From contig CAZABB010000005.1 in NCBI GenBank assembly GCA_964483625.1, positions 15,571 through 79,570 of the forward strand: DNA of 64,000 bases. Reading direction: 5' to 3'. The stretch comes from an uncultured Planctomycetia bacterium. Its GTDB lineage: Bacteria; Omnitrophota; Gorgyraeia; Duberdicusellales; 4484-171. Under the pieces are notes generated by a model. That model searched no databases and had not been told where the DNA came from. It saw only the letters and a list, made by a program, of their open reading frames with translations. This document shows positions 38,453 through 46,950 of this stretch, in pieces; position 1 is the first letter of the stretch; every line of letters starts with the position of its first letter. Both the position numbers and the translations under genes were made by a program.

Positions 38453-39493
38453 TTAGAGGCGCAGGAGCTGGTCGGGATAATTTTTGAGTATCTGCCGGTA
38501 TTTTTTCCGCATGGGCAGGGTTTTGACCAGGTCTTGGGCGTTATGGGTAAGACGGTCGATTTCTTCTTGCGCGAATCGTAATGCCCCGGTTTTCTCCATG
38601 ACGAGGCGTATGGCCCGGAGGTCTTTTTTAGTCACCCTTTTTTTGGTCAGGACTCTTTTGATGAGAGATTTTTCCCTCACCGATCCCTGCTGATATGCTT
38701 TCCAGATCAGAACGGTTTTTTTTGACTCCTGCAGGTCCGAAAGAGTCGATTTCCCGATTTTTTTTTCATCTCCGAAGACTCCTAAGATGTCATCCTTGAT
38801 CTGGAATGCCCGGCCGAGAAAAATTCCGTACCGGGAGATATTCTCTATGGTTTTCGGTGACGCTCCGGCAAGAATCGCTCCGGTGGAGAGCGGGGTCGCA
38901 AACGTGTAATGGGCGGTTTTATAATCGTAAATTTTATAGATATCCTTACGGGATACCTGATGAATCTTTTTGGTATCGTTGACGAGTTCGATGAATTCAC
39001 CGCCGCCGGTAAAGATTGCCGCCCGGATGAAATTTTTCAGGGCTTTTTCCTTGCGGCAGGGTTCTTCTTTGATGGAAAGGAAGGCATCGATAGCCATCGC
39101 GTACATAACATCACCGGCAACCAGAGCCATGTCCTGCCCGGAAAACTTGAGTTTCCCGAAATGTTTTAAATAGTTATCCAGCATCGCGTGCATCGAGGGT
39201 TTCCCCCGCCGCGTCAGAGATTTATCGATGATGTCGTCATGGACGAGCATGAAGTCATGCAGCAGCTCGATCGCCAGAGCGCTGCGGTAGAGCCCCGGAA
39301 CTTTTCTTTTGGCAAAGCCCAGATATCCGATGACAAAAAGAATGGGGCGGATACGTTTACCGTCGCGGATGAGAAAGTTCTTGATCGAACGGTAGAGAAG
39401 GGGAGAAATTTTTTTTAAAGAATATTCTTTGTCGATAGTCTTGATAAACGCGGGGATATTCCGGTCAACGGCTTTTTTAAGTGCACCAATCAT
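38453..39493 (-). CDS. Polyprenyl diphosphate synthase (GGPP synthase/IdsA-like)
   Basis: GKRIRP, HDDIID, RRG, KTA, FQIKDDILG. Confidence 0.9.
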   Translation of the reverse strand: MIGALKKAVDRNIPAFIKTIDKEYSLKKISPLLYRSIKNFLIRDGKRIRPILFVIGYLGFAKRKVPGLYRSALAIELLHDFMLVHDDIIDKSLTRRGKPSMHAMLDNYLKHFGKLKFSGQDMALVAGDVMYAMAIDAFLSIKEEPCRKEKALKNFIRAAIFTGGGEFIELVNDTKKIHQVSRKDIYKIYDYKTAHYTFATPLSTGAILAGASPKTIENISRYGIFLGRAFQIKDDILGVFGDEKKIGKSTLSDLQESKKTVLIWKAYQQGSVREKSLIKRVLTKKRVTKKDLRAIRLVMEKTGALRFAQEEIDRLTHNAQDLVKTLPMRKKYRQILKNYPDQLLRL

Positions 39494-39524
39494 GACAGTA
39501 TCTTAACATAGCTTACCGGTTAAC

Positions 39525-40145
39525 TCAAGGCGCAAGCGGTAAAACGACGAAGATCATCACGTCCCATACCGCGTGGGAGATGATCGCCGGCCACAGAGAA
39601 CGAAACCGCAGGTATAATCCTCCCCAGAGGAATCCGCACAGAAGCGCCGCGACGATAAGCAGGGGATTACGTGCCCAGATATGAACGAGAGCATACAGGA
39701 GGACAGCCACGATATATCCTTTCTTCCGGCCCCAGGCGCGCATAAGGGAATGCTGGATATATCCTCTCCAGAATATCTCCTCGCCGGGGCCGATGATACA
39801 CAAAAGAAGCACGGCTATCATCCCGGGGGAGGTATCCTGTTTGGTTTGGTAGACCGACTGGATAAAATAACTGCTTTGGATGAATACCCGGCTGATAAGT
39901 TCTTTCCCCGCCCAGAAAATTGCATACAGCGCCATGGCGGTGAATATTCCCCACCATATATGGTGAACATGAAACGAAAGGAATTCGGAAACGTCCCGGC
40001 GGCGAAGCCATAATGCCCAGCCGCTTAATAGCATGACGCTTACGGTCATCATCGGCCAAAAAGGGGTCAGGGGGGTGAGGGGAGGAAAAAAGAGAAACAG
40101 CCAGAAAAAGAACGAAACCAGAAGAGCAATCAGCACCGGCTTCAT
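39525..40145 (-). CDS. CPBP (Abi/CAAX) intramembrane protease family protein
   Basis: EEIFWRG, ALVH, SHAVWD. Confidence 0.88.
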   Translation of the reverse strand: MKPVLIALLVSFFFWLFLFFPPLTPLTPFWPMMTVSVMLLSGWALWLRRRDVSEFLSFHVHHIWWGIFTAMALYAIFWAGKELISRVFIQSSYFIQSVYQTKQDTSPGMIAVLLLCIIGPGEEIFWRGYIQHSLMRAWGRKKGYIVAVLLYALVHIWARNPLLIVAALLCGFLWGGLYLRFRSLWPAIISHAVWDVMIFVVLPLAP

Positions 40146-41065
40146 ATGGGTATTGTGTCAAGAGAGAGAGACGTAACCATGAGTATGCCGAAAAGGAAAT
40201 GAAGCTTTGCCGTCTCGATATCGATAGTGGCCAGCTGGTGTGGGGCATGGGCGTTGCTGGTTTTAATGGTCCCGATATTCTTCAGCGCTACCGGCAGACT
40301 TAAAAAGACCAGGAAGCCCCATGCCGATAAGGTTCCGGTTGTCATCAGCAGGAGGATACTCACATAGGCGCAACCGATTAAAAAAACATATTGTATTTGG
40401 GCCCGGCGATGCCCGAGGATATTTGCTATTGTTTTGATATGCGATTGTTTGTCATGGTCGATATCGCGCAGATTATTGGCGTGGAGGATCCCTGCGACCA
40501 GAAATCCTATCGGTAAAGAAAGGGAAAGAATGCGGGGATGATACCCTCCGGTCAGGGCAAAATATGATCCGATTACCATAAGCGGCCCCATCAGGATAAA
40601 GACAACCATGTCGCCTAAGGCGCGGTATTTATATTCGACCGGATGTGCCGTATAAAAAAAACCTCCCAAAAGGCCGATCGTACCCAGTACGAGCATCGGT
40701 ATTCCGCGCGCAGAGACCAATATGCATCCTAAAAGGAAACCTGCGGCAAAACAGAGGAGAGCGCCCCGGTAGATCTGACGCGGCGGCAATTTTCCCTGCG
40801 GCAGGATACCGCTGGAACCGAATGTCGTGGGCGTGTCGAGGCCGTGTTTGAAATCATAATAATCGTTGATTAAATTGGTCCCTGAATGAAACAGTAAAGA
40901 ACACAGGAGGATCAGGGGAAAAAGTTCCCAGCGGACGGGTTGAGGTCCGGAAAAAGCGCATACCGCGCCTAAGGTAATCGGGATAATCGATGCGGTAAAC
41001 GCAAACGGCCGGACCGCTTGGATCCAGTAAGAGACACGTTGGGAAAAAGATATTTGTGACTGCAT
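40142..41065 (-). CDS. menA: 1,4-dihydroxy-2-naphthoate prenyltransferase
   Basis: NLINDYYDFKHGLD, YKYRALGD, NNLRDIDHD; start moved to ATG 41065. Confidence 0.88.
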   Translation of the reverse strand: MQSQISFSQRVSYWIQAVRPFAFTASIIPITLGAVCAFSGPQPVRWELFPLILLCSLLFHSGTNLINDYYDFKHGLDTPTTFGSSGILPQGKLPPRQIYRGALLCFAAGFLLGCILVSARGIPMLVLGTIGLLGGFFYTAHPVEYKYRALGDMVVFILMGPLMVIGSYFALTGGYHPRILSLSLPIGFLVAGILHANNLRDIDHDKQSHIKTIANILGHRRAQIQYVFLIGCAYVSILLLMTTGTLSAWGFLVFLSLPVALKNIGTIKTSNAHAPHQLATIDIETAKLHFLFGILMVTSLSLDTIPI

Positions 41066-41103
41066 AAAAAATATTCTATCATACGTCAAAATGGACGACA
41101 ATG

Positions 41104-41799
41104 CTATTTCTTGGCCTGATAGATGTACGCGATGCCTCCGCTTAAAGGCTGATAGAAGATCTCGGTGAAGGAGTATCGGGCCAGGAGTGCCGCAACGTTT
41201 TCCGGCGGCAGGAATGAAGTGATCGATTCTGCCAGGTATTGATAGGCTGAAGGGGATCGCGACAGCCGTCCGCCCACGGCCGGGATAAGGGTTTTGAGAT
41301 AGAAACGATAGAAATTTTTCAGCCGGGATGAAGGAGGCGGAGTAAATTCCAGCAAACACAGGCGGCCGTCGGTTTTAAGCGTCCGGGCGATTTCCGGGAT
41401 AGCCGTCTCCTCCGTGGCCAGCAGGTTGCGTAATCCGAACGCGCTTACGGTGATATCGAACATACCGTCGCGAAACGGAAGAGTGCGGGCATCGGCATTG
41501 ATCAGAGTGATAGCCCGTCTCCCCCGCAGTCTTTTGATCTTTTTTTGTGCCGCCGCGAGCATCGGGAGTGAAAAATCGACCCCGAAGACGTCGATGTCTT
41601 GGTTATATTTTACGGCCCCAAGGGCGCAATCGGCCGTGCCGGTACACAGATCAAGCACGGTCATCCCCGAGGTGTACGGTAAAGCCCGCAGGAACGATCT
41701 TCGCCAGTGATAATCGCAACAGAAGCTTAGTATATGGTTCACGCGGTCGTAATCGGCGGCGATACGGGAAAAAAGTTGTTGAATATCCGGTGAGACCAT
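41104..41799 (-). CDS. menG: Demethylmenaquinone methyltransferase (UbiE/MenG)
   Basis: YDRVNHILS, LDLCTGTAD, FGLRN, AYQYLAESI. Confidence 0.88.
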   Translation of the reverse strand: MVSPDIQQLFSRIAADYDRVNHILSFCCDYHWRRSFLRALPYTSGMTVLDLCTGTADCALGAVKYNQDIDVFGVDFSLPMLAAAQKKIKRLRGRRAITLINADARTLPFRDGMFDITVSAFGLRNLLATEETAIPEIARTLKTDGRLCLLEFTPPPSSRLKNFYRFYLKTLIPAVGGRLSRSPSAYQYLAESITSFLPPENVAALLARYSFTEIFYQPLSGGIAYIYQAKK

Positions 41800-41906
41800 G
41801 GTTATATTTTAACGGTACATGAACAAATGGGAAGGTATACTTTCGGTGTTATACTTTATGGCATGGTTATGGTAAAATAACCCGCGGTACCGGATACGAA
41901 ATACAT

Positions 41907-43046
41907 ATGAGGAAAAAAGTCGTTATTATCGGGGCAGGATTTGCCGGGATGAGTGCGCTGAAAAAACTGGCGCCGCACGGCGGGAAGACCATTGATCTTA
42001 CGTTTATCGATCGGCGCCGGGCTCACCATTTTTTGCCGTTGTTGCCGGATATGATCGGCAAGCGGATGCCGAAAGAATCCTTACAGTATTCCTACACCGG
42101 TGTTGCCCGCCATACCTACGCGGATTTCGTTTGCGATACGGTCGAAACCATCTCTCCCGGTGATTCGCGCATTTCTACGGCGTCAGGCGTAATTGAATAT
42201 GATTATCTTATTCTTTCTCCCGGCTCGGTCACCAACTTTTATGGCAATTCCTTCGCTCGTTCCGGCGCTCATACGTTTGACGATGTGACGGCGGTAGAGA
42301 GGATCCGGAATGGTTTAGAAACGTTCTCCGGCAATTACTTCGTTATTGTCGGCGGCGGATATACCGGAATAGAACTGGCGACAAATCTGTGGGCGTATTT
42401 TCGGAAAAAGGGCCAGAAGAAAAAAATTATTATTATCGAAAAGAGAGATTCTCTCCTGGGGCCGCTTCCGCAATGGATGAAAGAATATGTTAAGGATAAC
42501 CTTAAGAAGATGGATATTGAGGTATCCTATGAGAGCGAGGTCGCTGATTTCCAGGGTCAGTCGGTGCGTTTATCCGATGGGAGGACATTCTTCCCGGCTA
42601 TGCTTTTTTGGGTTGCCGGAGTGCGTATCCCTTCCTTTTGTTCGGCGTTAACCGAAGAGAAGTTGCCTCAGGCGAGGCTCAAGGTCGACCGCTATTTACG
42701 GCTTCAACGTCAGGAAACCATCTTTGTGGCCGGAGACGCGGCTTATTTCGAGGATAACGGGAATCCTTTGCGTATGGCGGTGAATATTGCCCGGACGCAA
42801 GGGGTATGTGCGGCGAATAATGTCTTAAGGAGTATCTTAAGGAAACCGCTTATTCCCTATCGGCCGCAGGATTTGGGCTTTGTGGTTCCCCTGGGAAATA
42901 ATCGCGCCTGCGGCAGCGCGTTGGGGGTTACGGTTAAAGGGCGTGTAGCGATAGGGCTGCATTATTTCTTCTGTATATTAAGGTCTTATGGTATAAGGAA
43001 TAGATGGAATATTTTAGGAGCGTTAATCAAAGGAGGTTACCGATGA
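41907..43046 (+). CDS. Type II NADH:quinone oxidoreductase-like flavoprotein
   Basis: GAGFAG, VGGGYTGIELA, IFVAGD. Confidence 0.78.
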   Translation: MRKKVVIIGAGFAGMSALKKLAPHGGKTIDLTFIDRRRAHHFLPLLPDMIGKRMPKESLQYSYTGVARHTYADFVCDTVETISPGDSRISTASGVIEYDYLILSPGSVTNFYGNSFARSGAHTFDDVTAVERIRNGLETFSGNYFVIVGGGYTGIELATNLWAYFRKKGQKKKIIIIEKRDSLLGPLPQWMKEYVKDNLKKMDIEVSYESEVADFQGQSVRLSDGRTFFPAMLFWVAGVRIPSFCSALTEEKLPQARLKVDRYLRLQRQETIFVAGDAAYFEDNGNPLRMAVNIARTQGVCAANNVLRSILRKPLIPYRPQDLGFVVPLGNNRACGSALGVTVKGRVAIGLHYFFCILRSYGIRNRWNILGALIKGGYR

Positions 43047-43435
43047 AAGACTGGGCGGCTCTTCCCATACGATTGGGACTGGGGACGGTATTTATTGCTC
43101 ACGGATTACAAAAAGTTTTCGGTTTATTTGATGGGGCGGGAGTTGCGGGATTCAGCGAGATGTTGCAGGAGCTCGGCTTTCCCTTGTCGGGAATGCTGGC
43201 GTATGCGGTGGCGTATATTGAATTTATCGGAGGGATCTTTCTGATCCTGGGGCTTTTTACGCAAGGTACCGCGTTTGTGCTGGCGATCGTTATGCTGGTA
43301 GCCATGGCGAAGGTTCATCTGGAAAAAGGGCTCTTTCTTTCCGCCGGCGGGTACGAATATACGCTGATTATCATATGTTCGCTTTTAAGTCTGCTTTGTT
43401 CGGGAGCCGGGAATTTGAGTTTTGATAAGAAATAG
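43043..43435 (+). CDS. DoxX family membrane protein
   Basis: RLGLG..FIAHGLQK, GGYEY, GAG.LSFD; SD AAGGAGG; ATGA overlap with the NDH-2 gene. Confidence 0.88.
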   Translation: MKDWAALPIRLGLGTVFIAHGLQKVFGLFDGAGVAGFSEMLQELGFPLSGMLAYAVAYIEFIGGIFLILGLFTQGTAFVLAIVMLVAMAKVHLEKGLFLSAGGYEYTLIIICSLLSLLCSGAGNLSFDKK

Positions 43436-43453
43436 AACGTACTGATTTAATGC

Positions 43454-44119
43454 ATGGATAATTTTTATGACCGATCGTATTACGGAAAGATTATTTCTCC
43501 CGACCGGGTGTACGAAGTACACCCGGCAAAGATGAGAGAGATACAGTTCTTAAAGCGATTCGTTGCTCCCGCCGCCGGCGATAAACTGTTGGATATCGGG
43601 TGCGGCGCCGGGGCGTATCTGATGGCCCTTGGTCACTGCGGGGCCGATCTCTGGGGGATAGATATCTCTGAGCATGCGACACAAATCGCCAAAAAGAGAG
43701 TATCGAAGCCTGGGCAGATCCTGTGCGCCAACGCCGACCCTCTGCCGTTTGATGATAACGAGTTCGATTATGTGACTGCCTGGGGAATCGTAGAGCATTT
43801 CCCTTCGATTCCCTCGATCCTGGCTCAGATGCACCGGGTTATGAAGCCTCACGGCAAAGCCGCGGTTATGGTGCCGAATATCTATTATTATAAATTCATC
43901 TGGGACACGTTACGGAAAGGTGCCGGTCCGGTTCGCCATCAGGAAATCGAGGCACTCTATTCGTTCGGTGAATGGAAGGATTTTATCGAGAAAGCGGGAC
44001 TCACGATTGACCGGATATCGCATCATAACAAGTTCAATAAACCGCTGGTCAACTGGATGCGGAATATGTTTATCCCGTACTATTTTTCCAATCATTTTAT
44101 TTTCATCTGTATAAAATAG
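43454..44119 (+). CDS. Class I SAM-dependent methyltransferase
   Basis: LLDIGCGAG, GIDIS, LPFDDNEFD, VEHF. Confidence 0.88.
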   Translation: MDNFYDRSYYGKIISPDRVYEVHPAKMREIQFLKRFVAPAAGDKLLDIGCGAGAYLMALGHCGADLWGIDISEHATQIAKKRVSKPGQILCANADPLPFDDNEFDYVTAWGIVEHFPSIPSILAQMHRVMKPHGKAAVMVPNIYYYKFIWDTLRKGAGPVRHQEIEALYSFGEWKDFIEKAGLTIDRISHHNKFNKPLVNWMRNMFIPYYFSNHFIFICIK

Positions 44120-44194
44120 ATAAAAAGATTAGACGTGCATCACGTTCATCGTCTATCGCTAAACGCTGGACGCTAAATAAAAAAAGGAGGAGAT

Positions 44195-44509
44195 ATGGCC
44201 AAGAATCAGATGAAACAGAAAATGGAAAAAATGTGGAAGAAAACCAGGAAGGATTTGGACAAAATCATCACCGATACCGACGGCGCGATGAAAAAGGGAG
44301 AGAAATACCTGAAAGACATATCCGGTAAAGGGAAGAAGAATCTTGATGTGCTGGCGCTTTCGTTGCAGAGGGAAAAGCTTTATTATGAATTAGGCAAGAC
44401 GATTTCTCAGATCTCCGAAGGTAAGGCCGTGAATGTGAAGAAGGAGCATGAACTGCTCAATTCGATTAAGACCCTCAGCGCTCAGATCGATATGTTGAAG
44501 AAGAAATAA
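44195..44509 (+). CDS. Hypothetical helical protein
   Basis: SD AAGGAGG; coiled-coil pattern; LYYELGK. Confidence 0.7.
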   Translation: MAKNQMKQKMEKMWKKTRKDLDKIITDTDGAMKKGEKYLKDISGKGKKNLDVLALSLQREKLYYELGKTISQISEGKAVNVKKEHELLNSIKTLSAQIDMLKKK

Positions 44510-44520
44510 TGAATGGAAGC

Positions 44521-44565
44521 TCTAAATCCGAAATCCTAAACTCTTAACTCCCGCTTAAAGCGGGA
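44521..44565. repeat. 7-mer tandem array ending in palindrome TCCCGCTT-A-AAGCGGGA
   Basis: tctaaat ccgaaat cctaaac tcttaac tcccgcttaaagcggga. Confidence 0.65.
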
Positions 44566-44619
44566 TCCCGTTGAATAAAAGCAATAATGTGCGGGAAAAT
44601 TCAAAGCCTCAAACATTTT

Positions 44620-45195
44620 ATGTCTCATCCGAAGATCATTCTCGCTTCGGCGTCTCGGGCGAGGAAGAAGCTTCTTAAAGATGTCGGTTTGAGGTGCACT
44701 GTTGTGGTGCCGGGTGTCGGTGAATGCCGAAAAGCGAAATCCTGCCATACTTTGGTGATTGAAAATGCCCGGCGTAAAGCCGAATCTGTCGCCCGTAAAC
44801 ATCCGGGAGCGATCGTGATCTCTGCCGATACGATCGTCGTCTCCGGGAAGAAGATTATTGGTAAGCCCCGCAATGCCCTCCAGGCAAAGAAAATCCTGAA
44901 GCTTCTCTCTTCTGCGCCGCACTGGGTGTATAGCGGGATTGCCGTGGCCGCTCCCGGCAAAAAAATATTGACCGGGGGGGAGAAAACAAAGGTGTATATG
45001 GTCCCGTTGACCGATGCCCAGATCGAACGGTACCTCCGGAAGGTCCGTCCTTTCGACAAAGCGGGAGGGTTCGATATCGGCGGTCCCGCCGCGTTCTTTA
45101 TCAATCGTATCGAGGGGTGCTATTTTAACGTCGTAGGCCTGCCACTGGCGCATCTGGCCCGGCTCCTGGGTAAGGCGGGGGTTGATATCTTCTAA
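44620..45195 (+). CDS. maf: Maf family nucleoside triphosphate pyrophosphatase
   Basis: ILASAS, SADT, GKP, DKAGG, NVVGLP. Confidence 0.9.
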   Translation: MSHPKIILASASRARKKLLKDVGLRCTVVVPGVGECRKAKSCHTLVIENARRKAESVARKHPGAIVISADTIVVSGKKIIGKPRNALQAKKILKLLSSAPHWVYSGIAVAAPGKKILTGGEKTKVYMVPLTDAQIERYLRKVRPFDKAGGFDIGGPAAFFINRIEGCYFNVVGLPLAHLARLLGKAGVDIF

Positions 45196-45238
45196 TGGTT
45201 TGTGAGCCAGTAATATAGCAATACACCTAAAAAAATAA

Positions 45239-45267
45239 TTGACTTTGTATTGGTTTAAATACATAAT
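45239..45267 (+). promoter_or_regulatory. Promoter of the alpha-glucan operon
   Basis: TTGACT, 17 nt, CATAAT. Confidence 0.55.
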
Positions 45268-45404
45268 GTAATTCATTTAAAATTCCACTTCTCACGGAAA
45301 CGGCGTAAGGCGCCGGTGTCAATTCGGTCACGGAAACAGTTTCGTTGCCTTTTTTAGGAAAGTTAATAAAAACAGGCCCGGGAAAAAAGGATCAGGGGGG
45401 CGCT

Positions 45405-45773
45405 ATGAACAAAAAGAGTACGGTCAAAAGAAAGACAGGTAAAGGGAAAGGAAAGGGGGCGACCATGAAGATAGCCAGGGTGTTGAAGCCGCGTGTGGGT
45501 AGAAAGAGTAACGTCAAAAAAGTTGCTTTTCAGGTGCAGGCGTCTGGGGCTCAATCAGTGGCGCTTACCGGCGATTTTAATTCATGGGGTGATCAGGGGT
45601 TGAAGATGAAAAAAGGGCGTGACGGCATATGGAAGATCGGGATGAACCTGGCTCCCGGCCGGTACGAATATAAGTTTATTGTCGACGGCCAGTGGTGGAC
45701 CGATCCGGTCAATCCTCATGCCGTGACCAATTCCTTCGGTGCGGTAAATTCCGTGATTGAAGTGGGGGCGTAA
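45405..45773 (+). CDS. Stand-alone CBM48 glycogen-binding protein with Lys-rich N-terminus
   Basis: VALTGDFNSW, GRYEYKFIVDGQWWTDP. Confidence 0.88.
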   Translation: MNKKSTVKRKTGKGKGKGATMKIARVLKPRVGRKSNVKKVAFQVQASGAQSVALTGDFNSWGDQGLKMKKGRDGIWKIGMNLAPGRYEYKFIVDGQWWTDPVNPHAVTNSFGAVNSVIEVGA

Positions 45774-45777
45774 CCTT

Positions 45778-46938
45778 ATGAGAATTGCTCTGTTTGCGTG
45801 GGAATCACTTCATTCGATCACCGTAGGCGGGATAGCTTTTCATGTAAGTGAATTAGCTGCCGCATTGCAGCGTAAAGGACATGATGTCCATGTGTTTACG
45901 CGTATCGGCCATCCCGATCAGCCGTGGTATGAATGTATCCACGGGGTCCATTATCACCGTTGTCCCTACGGATTTCATTCCGATTTTATTGAGGAAACTA
46001 ATAACATGTGCCGATCCTTCGTCGAGGCTTTTTTCCAGACCGAAGATCATATCGGACACTTTGATATCGTTCATGCTCATGATTGGTTGACCGCCAACGC
46101 TCTTTCCTGGATCAAACAGGGAAGAGGACATAAAGGGATCTTTACCATGCATTCGACCGAGTACGGCCGGTGCGGCAATAACTTTTTCAACGGGACATCT
46201 CAGCGTATCCGGCATCATGAATGGCTGGGGACCTATTGTGCCGACCGGGTGATTGCCGTATCGAAATCCTTGAAAAACGAAACTCAGTGGATATACAGTG
46301 TTCCCGACGATAAGGTGGATACGATCTATAACGGTATCAGTTACTGGAATTACGATGGGTGGATTGATCCCCATACGGTACGGTCGGCATACGGTATCGG
46401 GCCGATGGATCCGATGGTTCTTTTCGTGGGAAGGATTGTCTATCAGAAGGGGCCGGATTTATTGACTGAAGCTATTCCGTACGTGTTGAACTATTATCCC
46501 AACGCGAAATTCGTGTTCGTCGGGGATGGGGAAATGCGTATGGGGGTTGAAGATCGTATCGGCCAGCTGGGGGTACGTCACGCGGTGAGGTTCCCCGGGT
46601 TTTTAAACGGCTGGCGCCTGACCGATCTCTACAAGTCCTGTGATTGTGTCTGTGTTCCCAGCCGGAACGAACCGTTCGGGATCGTCTTGCTTGAGGCGTG
46701 GAGTTCGGGGAAACCGGTTGTTGCCTGTGATACCGGCGGGCCGTCGGAAATTATCTGGCACCAGGTCAACGGCCTCAAAACATACGCAGCGCCCGATTCC
46801 ATCGCCTGGGGTATCGGCACGTTGTTTAACGACTTTGAATACGGCAGATGGATGGGACGAAACGGCCGGGTCGCGGTCGAGACGGTATTTTCCTGGGATA
46901 CTATCGCCGATCAGGCCTTAATGGTTTATAATAGTTAA
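45778..46938 (+). CDS. GT4 glycosyltransferase (candidate alpha-glucan synthase)
   Basis: GGIAFHV, HAHDW, HSTEYGR, EPFGIVLLEAW. Confidence 0.85.
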   Translation: MRIALFAWESLHSITVGGIAFHVSELAAALQRKGHDVHVFTRIGHPDQPWYECIHGVHYHRCPYGFHSDFIEETNNMCRSFVEAFFQTEDHIGHFDIVHAHDWLTANALSWIKQGRGHKGIFTMHSTEYGRCGNNFFNGTSQRIRHHEWLGTYCADRVIAVSKSLKNETQWIYSVPDDKVDTIYNGISYWNYDGWIDPHTVRSAYGIGPMDPMVLFVGRIVYQKGPDLLTEAIPYVLNYYPNAKFVFVGDGEMRMGVEDRIGQLGVRHAVRFPGFLNGWRLTDLYKSCDCVCVPSRNEPFGIVLLEAWSSGKPVVACDTGGPSEIIWHQVNGLKTYAAPDSIAWGIGTLFNDFEYGRWMGRNGRVAVETVFSWDTIADQALMVYNS

Positions 46939-46950
46939 AAGGAGATATCC

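Noticed and set aside
41066-41359. 98-aa N-terminal extension of MenA or a menG-menA fusion
   Set aside because: Overlaps menG in another frame; promoter geometry supports ATG 41065
44536-45276. 246-aa minus-strand ORF
   Set aside because: Antisense shadow of maf
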